Source of the DNA: an uncultured virus (IMG/VR IMGVR_UViG_3300017785_009958) | Taxonomy: Duplodnaviria; Heunggongvirae; Uroviricota; Caudoviricetes | Strand: one strand, 5' to 3' | Virus record (IMG/VR): IMGVR_UViG_3300017785_009958 | Length of the DNA stretch: 64,000 nucleotides | Shown here: piece by piece, positions 57,144-64,000 of the stretch | Layout of the letters: every line of letters begins with the position of its first letter | Numbering within the stretch: position 1 is the stretch's first letter | Notes under the pieces: generated by a model | The model's input: only the letters and a program-made list of their open reading frames with translations | What the model was told of the DNA's origin: nothing | Database searches by the model: none | Made by a program: the position numbers and the translations under genes

Positions 57144-59402
57144 TTATAACTTACAGGCTCCACTAGAGCAATCAGCTTCTTTATTAGTAGATTGTTCTTT
57201 ATCACCATCATCTGTATTGTTATAGTATAAGCTTATAAGCCCCATGCTATAAGCATACATTAACTCTTTCATTACCTTAGCATCAGGTAAGATATTATTT
57301 TCATAATGACTATAATTGTAATAAATGTTTGTAGAAATAGCCATGTCAATATATTTCTGAATAACGGCATTAACATTTATAATACCTGTATTGTCTTTAA
57401 AGTTATAAGCCAGTTCGTAGTTACTATCAAATTTACCAATACCTGGAACTAATACCGGTAGCTTACCCATCTTAGATGTTTTATACGTCATTAAAGAGCG
57501 TACAGGTTCAACGCCGTTAGTAGAGCTTTGAATAACAGAGCTTGACTCACAAGGCATACAGCATGATAAAGTTGAGTGACGCAAGCCATGCTCTTTAATT
57601 TCTTTTCTTAATGCTTCCCAATCGAGATCGAGTTTTCTTTTACAAACGGTATCAACATTCTTTTTGTATGTATCAATAGGCAGAATACCTTTAGCATATT
57701 TTGTTTGCTCATACTTTTCACATCTGCCTCTTTCTTTTGCAAGGTTAAGACTTGATTTTAAAAGATAAAATTGAAAATGCTCCATATATTCATCAAGCAA
57801 GCTTAATGCTTGCTTAGAGTCATATGATACTTCGTTCTTAGCAAAAAAAGCAGCAAGATTGGTAATACCAATGCCTAAGCTGCGTCTCTTCTTAGCAAAA
57901 TTTTCTGCTGCCTTATTAAAGTATGTCTGTATATCAATAATTTCTTCTAAGAAGCGAACAATTAAATCAGTAGTCTTTTCTAAGTCTTTCCAGTCCTTTA
58001 TTTCAAGCATATTAATGGCAGATAAAATACACATACCAATTTCTGCATCCGGGTCATGGTAGTCATTAAGAGGTATAGTAGGATGAATGACTTCTGTGCA
58101 AAGATTACTCATAGTAATCTTATCTAACCATGAACTATGTTCATTGGCGGTATCGACATTGAGAATATAAATTCTACCTGTCTCTACACGTTCTTTAACT
58201 ATAAGAGAGAAAAGCTTTCTCGCGGAAATTTTCTTTTTTATCTTTATCTTTCTATCCACTTCACATTCTTCATATACTTTATTAAATTTTGAAGTACCCC
58301 ATGCTTCGTATAGATGCGGTACTTCATGCGGACTGAATAAAGTTAAATCTTCATTCTTAATAACTCTGTCATAAAATAATTTTGACATACCTACTGTATA
58401 ATCTAATTTTCTTACTCGATTGTCGTCTGTACCAGCATTATTTTTTAGAACAACAATATCATCAATTTCGTAATGCCACCATTGAATATTAGTAGTAGCT
58501 GAACCGCCTCGAAGCCCGTTCTGTTGCCATGCTTTAACTGAGGCCTCAAAAATCTTTAAGAAAGGAATAATACCTGTATGTACAACCTCGCCATTATTAA
58601 CCGGTGAACCAATCGCCCTTATTTTTGATACATCTATGCCGATACCGCAACGACTTGCAGTAGCAATTGATACTGCAGTTCCAGAAGCTGTAATTGATTC
58701 TTTATTATCTTCAACTCCGATCAAGCAGCAGCTAGCATAACTTTTAGAGTTTGTTCTCAACCCTGCCATAATAGGAGTTGGTAGATTTATTTTATGTCTT
58801 GATATAGCGTTATAAAAACGATGAACATATTCTAAGCGAGTTTCTTTGGGGTAATTTATAAACGCATATAAAGCAATTAATATATATGCAAATTGTGGCG
58901 TTTCAAAAATTTTTCCTGTAACACGATTTTTAATAAGGTATTTGTCACACAGCTGTTTTATACCCGCGTATGTAAAATTTAAATCTCTATCGTGATCGAT
59001 AACTTCACCGATTTTGTTTATTTCATCTTCTGAGTATTTTTCAATAATAGCACTATCATAGACTTTCTTTTTTATACCTGCATGTATTACGTCAATAAGT
59101 CGAGGAGCATGTTTTCCACCCCATACATCTTTTCTGAGCTGATAATTGAGTAACCGACTGGCTACATATTGATAGTTTGGTTTTTCGAGTGAAATTAAAT
59201 TAGCGGCCGAATCAATAATAACTTGATGAATGTCTTGTGTTGTTATATTTTCTGTAATATTAAGTTTAGCATTAATTTCAACTTCTGATAAACTAACTCC
59301 TGAAATGCCCTCTATTGCCCAGTTAATTACTTTATTAATTTTCTCAATATTAAATTTTTCAAACTCTCCGCTTCGCTTCTTAATCATTATTTGTGTGTTC
59401 AT
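57144..59402 (-). CDS. nrdA: Ribonucleotide reductase class Ia alpha subunit
   Basis: ATP cone, PTPIMAG, SCCL, QNGLRGG, SNLCTE, MPCESSS, LYY, C-terminal CSSGAC. Confidence 0.96.
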   Translation of the reverse strand: MNTQIMIKKRSGEFEKFNIEKINKVINWAIEGISGVSLSEVEINAKLNITENITTQDIHQVIIDSAANLISLEKPNYQYVASRLLNYQLRKDVWGGKHAPRLIDVIHAGIKKKVYDSAIIEKYSEDEINKIGEVIDHDRDLNFTYAGIKQLCDKYLIKNRVTGKIFETPQFAYILIALYAFINYPKETRLEYVHRFYNAISRHKINLPTPIMAGLRTNSKSYASCCLIGVEDNKESITASGTAVSIATASRCGIGIDVSKIRAIGSPVNNGEVVHTGIIPFLKIFEASVKAWQQNGLRGGSATTNIQWWHYEIDDIVVLKNNAGTDDNRVRKLDYTVGMSKLFYDRVIKNEDLTLFSPHEVPHLYEAWGTSKFNKVYEECEVDRKIKIKKKISARKLFSLIVKERVETGRIYILNVDTANEHSSWLDKITMSNLCTEVIHPTIPLNDYHDPDAEIGMCILSAINMLEIKDWKDLEKTTDLIVRFLEEIIDIQTYFNKAAENFAKKRRSLGIGITNLAAFFAKNEVSYDSKQALSLLDEYMEHFQFYLLKSSLNLAKERGRCEKYEQTKYAKGILPIDTYKKNVDTVCKRKLDLDWEALRKEIKEHGLRHSTLSCCMPCESSSVIQSSTNGVEPVRSLMTYKTSKMGKLPVLVPGIGKFDSNYELAYNFKDNTGIINVNAVIQKYIDMAISTNIYYNYSHYENNILPDAKVMKELMYAYSMGLISLYYNNTDDGDKEQSTNKEADCSSGACKL

Positions 59403-59446
59403 GGTTACTAGAAAAAGTATTTAATCTTTCTTACAAAGAAAAAAAA

Positions 59447-60028
59447 TTAAAAGTTATAATTTTTTACTACGGAGTGAATAAAGTTTTTTGTTGTTGTATT
59501 GTATATATTTTTATTACTTAAAACATAAATAACAAAATACCCTAACGCCTGAAATCCGTTAACAGAGTTAACATCTAACATATTTGTATATAAATCATTT
59601 TGCTTTAATTTAGTATTTGAAAAAATATTGAGGTGTTCACTGTCAATAGGGTATATACCTTTACGTAAATAAGCAAAACAGTTGTTACAGCTTAAATTAT
59701 ATTCATTAAGTAACTCCAAGTAATATTCCTTATTAATTTTTTCACCACTCGATGTACCCAGCGCTTCAAGCTTATTAACCAGATAATTAAACTTAGGGTT
59801 AAGATTTATTTTTACCCCTCTAAAAAATTTGGGCATTATTGATTCACCAGGTACAAGATGAATAACGTTAATAGGATTATATTCTGGCTTTATAATCAAA
59901 CGCTTTTGATCATATAAATTTTTTAATTGAAACCCCAGTAAGCAAAGCGGGTAGTCTCTATCTTCAAGATAAGAAAAAGAATCAATATCGAGCGGTTGCT
60001 CAGCGAGATCGGTATCTAACAAATTCAT
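59447..60028 (-). CDS. Hypothetical protein
   Basis: 193-aa ORF with TTGATA-N16-TATAAT 6 nt before ATG. Confidence 0.6.
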   Translation of the reverse strand: MNLLDTDLAEQPLDIDSFSYLEDRDYPLCLLGFQLKNLYDQKRLIIKPEYNPINVIHLVPGESIMPKFFRGVKINLNPKFNYLVNKLEALGTSSGEKINKEYYLELLNEYNLSCNNCFAYLRKGIYPIDSEHLNIFSNTKLKQNDLYTNMLDVNSVNGFQALGYFVIYVLSNKNIYNTTTKNFIHSVVKNYNF

Positions 60029-60058
60029 AACTCGATTATATGAACTTGTTTATCTATA

Positions 60059-60550
60059 TCAACCATTAAAACGCTTTAAAACTTCTGTCAGCAGTACAAC
60101 CACTATCGATGTAAGAGATGCAAGAATAGAAGTTGTAATAGCTGCCTTAAAGTTCCATGCGCTGGTATTCTCTGAGTTACGGCGTCCAAATTCACTCGCT
60201 ATTTGAGCAGAAATGTTATTAAAACGTTCGGTGACAACCTCAGTTACATGCTTAAACTTAAGTTCCATCTCTTTCTCGAGATTAACTAGTTTGTCATCAA
60301 AATTATTATCTAAATTTTTAACTTTATCATTTACAAAATTCACTAAATCACCTGTACGCGCCTTTATTTCACCCTCAAGATTTTCAATTTGTGATTCTAG
60401 AGTTTCGTGATGAGATTTTAATTTACCTTCAAGATTTGATAGCTGTGTAACAATAGAAGGCTTTCCGTTACCTTGATAAATTGCTTTATAAACTTGCTGC
60501 ACTTCATCTTGCAGTTTTTTTATTGTTGGGCTTCCAGATCTTTTACGCAT
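60059..60550 (-). CDS. Coiled-coil protein with C-terminal transmembrane helix (possible lysis/membrane protein)
   Basis: Heptad region followed by AAITTSILASLTSIVVVLL. Confidence 0.5.
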   Translation of the reverse strand: MRKRSGSPTIKKLQDEVQQVYKAIYQGNGKPSIVTQLSNLEGKLKSHHETLESQIENLEGEIKARTGDLVNFVNDKVKNLDNNFDDKLVNLEKEMELKFKHVTEVVTERFNNISAQIASEFGRRNSENTSAWNFKAAITTSILASLTSIVVVLLTEVLKRFNG

Positions 60551-60551
60551 A

Positions 60552-60785
60552 TTACCTTACCTGAAATGAATATGACAAAATTCCTTTTGGTAAAGAGTAA
60601 ACCTTTCCACGAAGGGAACCAGTCTGATCTTTAACAACAATTGTCATTTTATTTTGTGTAACTACAGGGCCATTAACTATTTCCACATTACCAAGATTAA
60701 TAGTATATGACTTAATACCTTTTCTAATATCAAAAACATTTACCTTATTTTTTCCTGATAAAACTGCAGAATAGAGCTTCTCCAT
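60552..60785 (-). CDS. Hypothetical late protein
   Basis: TAAATA 6 nt upstream (60792-60797); 77 aa. Confidence 0.55.
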   Translation of the reverse strand: MEKLYSAVLSGKNKVNVFDIRKGIKSYTINLGNVEIVNGPVVTQNKMTIVVKDQTGSLRGKVYSLPKGILSYSFQVR

Positions 60786-60837
60786 ATTAAGTATTTATCG
60801 TTGTTAACCAGAAAAAATGCATAAATAATATAAACCT

Positions 60838-62028
60838 ATGGCAGATACAATTACAAAAATTTTAATTAGACAGGGAACAGATGTACAGCGACGTACAGCG
60901 GATTTAACAGGTGTTGTTTTTAGTAGTGGTGAGCCAGGCTATTGCGTTGATACAAAGCGACTATTTGTCGGCGACGGAAGTACACCTGGAGGCTTTGCTA
61001 TCGGTATTCAGAATCTTGGCTCCGTAGGTTCTCTTTACGGTAGCTGGCAAAATGGATTTTCTTTTGATGCAATAACACAGTTTAACAACAGAGGTGCTTT
61101 TGTTGGAGATATTATCTATGATAGAGATACGCGTGGATTATATTCACTAACTAGCGTTACTACATTTCCACCACTAACAACAGATATAGTTAAATATGAT
61201 TTTGCTACATTAATCAATAATCAGCAGTTTGTATATGATGAAAATGATGCGCTTAATATTAGGAACGGCGGTATCGGTAACAATCAGCTAAGCCTCAGCA
61301 TTGTTGACGGTGTAACTTTATTCAAGCCCGCCTATAGTTCACCAATTACTATTAAACAAGGTGGAGTTGATAATACAAGACTTGCTTTTGTACCGCCCAA
61401 TACTCTTAAGGGTAATAATTCGTTTTTTGATGCTTATCCTCAAGATTTAGATATTGGGTCAGGATGTGTCGTTGGTAGAACTAATACCTCCCAGCTCACT
61501 GCATTCCCTTTTAGCGTCATTCTTTCTCAAGCAACATTTAACTATACCAACGGTATAATTGTTGATCAAGCTGCAACACCGCCGGTCTTTAAGCTGGATG
61601 AAAATTATTTTACTATTGGTGGTAATAGTATTACATTGCGCAAGGCAACAACAGTAAGTCAGGCGTTCACAGTTAATAATAATGCTACTGTTAACGGCAC
61701 ATTTCGCTGTACTGGTGATATCGTTGCTTACTATGCGCCTTCTGATATAAATTTAAAAGAAGACTTCAAACGAATTGAATCGCCTTTACAGAGAATACTT
61801 AACATCACAGGATATAGCTTCACCTGGAGAAAGGGAATACAAAATAGCGACATTCTTGTTGGTAGAGATTATGGCGTGATTGCACAAGAAGTAGAGAAAG
61901 AGCTTCCAGAGGTTGTAGCCACACGTGAAGATGGAACCAAGTCGGTAAGTTATATAAAGTTAATACCTTTGTTAATTGAAAGCATTAAAGAGCTTAAGAA
62001 AGAGATTGACTCTTTAAAAAGTAAATGA
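60838..62028 (+). CDS. Tail fibre/spike with C-terminal peptidase S74 chaperone
   Basis: N-terminal KILIRQG...GEPGY..DTKRLFVGDG; C-terminal SD.NLK...G.IAQEVE..LPEVV...V.Y.KLIPLLIESIKEL. Confidence 0.8.
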   Translation: MADTITKILIRQGTDVQRRTADLTGVVFSSGEPGYCVDTKRLFVGDGSTPGGFAIGIQNLGSVGSLYGSWQNGFSFDAITQFNNRGAFVGDIIYDRDTRGLYSLTSVTTFPPLTTDIVKYDFATLINNQQFVYDENDALNIRNGGIGNNQLSLSIVDGVTLFKPAYSSPITIKQGGVDNTRLAFVPPNTLKGNNSFFDAYPQDLDIGSGCVVGRTNTSQLTAFPFSVILSQATFNYTNGIIVDQAATPPVFKLDENYFTIGGNSITLRKATTVSQAFTVNNNATVNGTFRCTGDIVAYYAPSDINLKEDFKRIESPLQRILNITGYSFTWRKGIQNSDILVGRDYGVIAQEVEKELPEVVATREDGTKSVSYIKLIPLLIESIKELKKEIDSLKSK

Positions 62029-62222
62029 AGTTCGAAGAAACAATAAAAAAACTTCTGGAGGGGTTTGTTGAATTCCGTCAATCGCAAGCAGCTCCAAGTA
62101 CTGGGCCAGATCAGGGCATGACGTCAGGCGATCAACAAAATACATTTCCCAGTAAGATGGAAACGTTGCAATTAAAATTACCTAAGAAAAAAAAGAAGAA
62201 AAAAATTAACGAACGTTCTTAA
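62025..62222 (+). CDS. Small basic late protein with leader and poly-Lys tail (resembles 12902-13162)
   Basis: MKFEETIKKLLEG...GDQQNTFPSK...LPKKKKKKK. Confidence 0.6.
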   Translation: MKFEETIKKLLEGFVEFRQSQAAPSTGPDQGMTSGDQQNTFPSKMETLQLKLPKKKKKKKINERS

Positions 62223-62739
62223 GAAAAGTGTGATGACCAATTGTATTGGTTACAACAGCTTCAATATTTTTACCACCTACAGTTGGATTACTCCATTTAG
62301 GTGATACCTTTCCGGGACCACTTGATACATGATAGTGTGTTGCGCCATCTGTAATATCTTTGAGCTTGCCGGATAATCCTAAAAGAGCTACTTCTCGCGC
62401 TTTAGCCCAATTCGAATGTTTGGAGGCGCGTTGAATAATTTGACTCATTTCTTCTTTACCTGCATTATAATTATTAAAAAAACTAAATTGCTTGGGTTTT
62501 AAAACATTGCTTACAGCATTACGTACCAGGTCATTAGATCCTCTTGCTCTGTTTACAATAACATTCATTACAGCATGCATACCTTTTTCACCTTCACCAC
62601 CTGCTTCACCAATTAATGCTGCTGCAATTACATCGATGTTTGTAATAGGTGCTTGAGCTTTCTGAACGATAGCTGGTGGCTGGGGTGGTAGATCAACAGC
62701 TGCTTCTAAAAGCTTCTCAAATTTATCTTTAAATCGCAC
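62206..62739 (-). CDS. SleB/Hydrolase_2 cell-wall hydrolase with internal-protein-like leader
   Basis: GEAGGEG..GM.AV..VI.NR, QFS, GATHY, P.W, IG.H.F; leader MRFKDKFEKLLEA; GTG start 5 nt after TAAATA. Confidence 0.85.
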   Translation of the reverse strand: MRFKDKFEKLLEAAVDLPPQPPAIVQKAQAPITNIDVIAAALIGEAGGEGEKGMHAVMNVIVNRARGSNDLVRNAVSNVLKPKQFSFFNNYNAGKEEMSQIIQRASKHSNWAKAREVALLGLSGKLKDITDGATHYHVSSGPGKVSPKWSNPTVGGKNIEAVVTNTIGHHTFLKNVR

Positions 62740-62747
62740 CTAATTAT

Positions 62748-63323
62748 TTAATTTAAAACGGCAACCTTTACGATCTTTGGATGTGAGTCTGCAAAATCAA
62801 TAGCATCACTTTTATTAACAAAGAATACATCAATTACCGGTAACTTGCCACCGGATGCTACCTTGTCTCTAACAGCAGTACCTGTATCAACAGCTTTAAC
62901 TAAACCCACATTAGGAATAATTACTTCCTTCTGATATGGTATAATACGTGGATCAACAGCAATAGAGTCACCTTGCTTGAGTGTATATCCAGTAGAACTT
63001 CTCATTCTACGACTATCAGCATCAGTACCACTGCCCCGGGCCCAATATACCGTCAATCTAACAGTAAGTACTTTATATTCACCGCTATCTGTTTTTGGGA
63101 TGAAGGTACCATTATATTTTATACCATCTTTCTTCACTTCTATCTTTTTTGCGACCTCTTGTTCTTTTGTAGGTGTTAATGACTTTAGCTCTTTCTTTAC
63201 ATCACTAACAGTTAACTTCTTTTCTATCCGCTTAAAAGCAGACATGCTTATAGGATTAGCAGTTAAAATTAGACCGATTACTATTAGTACTAGCTTGTTT
63301 GTTTTTGTGTTTTTTGTTTTCAT
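62748..63323 (-). CDS. 3D-domain (MltA-like) peptidoglycan-active protein with N-terminal signal/anchor
   Basis: RLTVY, IAVDPRIIP, AVDTG, IDVF (three Asp); hydrophobic LVLIVIGLIL. Confidence 0.8.
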   Translation of the reverse strand: MKTKNTKTNKLVLIVIGLILTANPISMSAFKRIEKKLTVSDVKKELKSLTPTKEQEVAKKIEVKKDGIKYNGTFIPKTDSGEYKVLTVRLTVYWARGSGTDADSRRMRSSTGYTLKQGDSIAVDPRIIPYQKEVIIPNVGLVKAVDTGTAVRDKVASGGKLPVIDVFFVNKSDAIDFADSHPKIVKVAVLN

Positions 63324-63382
63324 AGATTAAAAAGAGGTCGCTTAGCGACGAGCCTTTAGGGCGTTAATGTATGTCTTAATAT

Positions 63383-63844
63383 TTAATCTAGTCTAACGGA
63401 TTCCCAAGGAAAGTCAAGCCAAACATTGTCGTCAAATTCTTTAATATGAAAATTAGGAATAAATTGTGTCGACTTTTTTATGTAAAGGGTTGCAAATTTA
63501 AAGTTTGTAAACTCACATGATTCAAAATAATCTTTTGCAGCTAGAAGTGTTTTACCCTTGTCAGAAAGATCGTCAATAACAACTACTCTTTTTTCTCTAA
63601 ATTCTGAATTAAATTTAAACCCCGGTATCTGACCAAATTCTAACTCCCCTGCTGTAAATTCACTATAAGATTTGATAGTAAAATTAACAACTGGTATGTC
63701 ATATATGTAAGAAATAATAGTACCAGGAACTAAGCCACCGCGACCAATGGCAGCTATAGCATCACACGGACCAATTAAATTAGCTAATTCTTTGCAGTCC
63801 TTATTAACCTGCTCCCAAGTTAAGCTGATACGTTCAGGCATCAA
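63383..63844 (-). CDS. Purine phosphoribosyltransferase (Gpt-like)
   Basis: RGGLVP, VVVIDDLSDKGKTL PRPP loop, ATLY.K, W..FPWE. Confidence 0.85.
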   Translation of the reverse strand: MMPERISLTWEQVNKDCKELANLIGPCDAIAAIGRGGLVPGTIISYIYDIPVVNFTIKSYSEFTAGELEFGQIPGFKFNSEFREKRVVVIDDLSDKGKTLLAAKDYFESCEFTNFKFATLYIKKSTQFIPNFHIKEFDDNVWLDFPWESVRLD

Positions 63845-63871
63845 TACATTATATTTTAAAAATTAAGATAA

Positions 63872-64000
63872 TCAAACCTTATCAAATACACTTGCTATAT
63901 CCTTGTGAAGAGTGCTCATATTAACCATAATATATTCATAATCTTCTTTAAGCCCGCGGGCCGCTCTCTTGGACATATTGTTGAGCTCGGAGGCAATACG
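63872..64000 (-). CDS. 3' end of a gene truncated by the window edge
   Basis: Open frame RIASELNNMSKRAARGLKE...VFDKV ending at TGA 63872-63874. Confidence 0.5.
   Translation of the reverse strand, partial: RIASELNNMSKRAARGLKEDYEYIMVNMSTLHKDIASVFDKV

Noticed and set aside
3182..59402. Introns or inteins in gp43, nrdA, nrdB or helicases, or stop-codon reassignment
   Set aside because: All are continuous ORFs of normal length in the standard code
283..63330. Many 60-200 aa opposite-strand or nested ORFs in the track (e.g. 283-519, 24593-25072, 46864-47481, 54223-54828, 62977-63330)
   Set aside because: They lie inside well-supported genes, lack promoters and recognisable motifs, and are best explained as shadow frames
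63336..63362. Hairpin gtcgc-tta-gcgac upstream of the 3D-domain gene as a riboswitch
   Set aside because: The intergenic space is only ~60 nt, too short for known cell-wall riboswitches; more likely a terminator or stabilising stem

Overview
The window is a 64-kb piece of a large, AT-rich T4-like myovirus genome in the standard genetic code, with no tRNAs, CRISPR array, intron or intein apparent. It carries T4 core replication and recombination genes (gp43, uvsX, uvsY, uvsW, gp46, gp47, gp55, gp62, a DinG-like helicase, nrdAB). It also carries a head/neck block (gp15, gp20, gp13, gp4, gp21, gp22, gp23), a gp5-like hub, tail-fibre pieces, and an ~8-kb glycosyltransferase/sugar-nucleotide island. 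Four things stand out. (1) A complete 7-deazaguanine pathway: folE, queD, queE, queC and queF are dispersed, and one compact operon reads DpdA3-like transglycosylase, PurN-like formyltransferase (DpdN-like), GMP reductase, DUF1599/Nmad1, small coiled-coil, NMP kinase, queF. This suggests nucleotide-level replacement of G by formyl-preQ1 with removal of normal guanine nucleotides. (2) An 86-aa late protein reproduces the predicted mature N-terminal arm of the major capsid protein (20/24 identical residues, synonymous codons mostly different) and ends in a poly-Lys tail; a second, more diverged copy exists. (3) Both promoter classes (late TAAATA and sigma70-like TTGAnn-N16/17-TATAAT) sit about 5-7 nt before start codons, implying mostly leaderless mRNAs. 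(4) About a dozen late proteins share a T4 internal-protein-like leader ending in L-x-E, including ligase-like, NMNAT-like, nuclease-like, protease and cell-wall hydrolase enzymes. Two genes hint at a Verrucomicrobia-type host. All family assignments come from motif recognition by eye; no searches were run.
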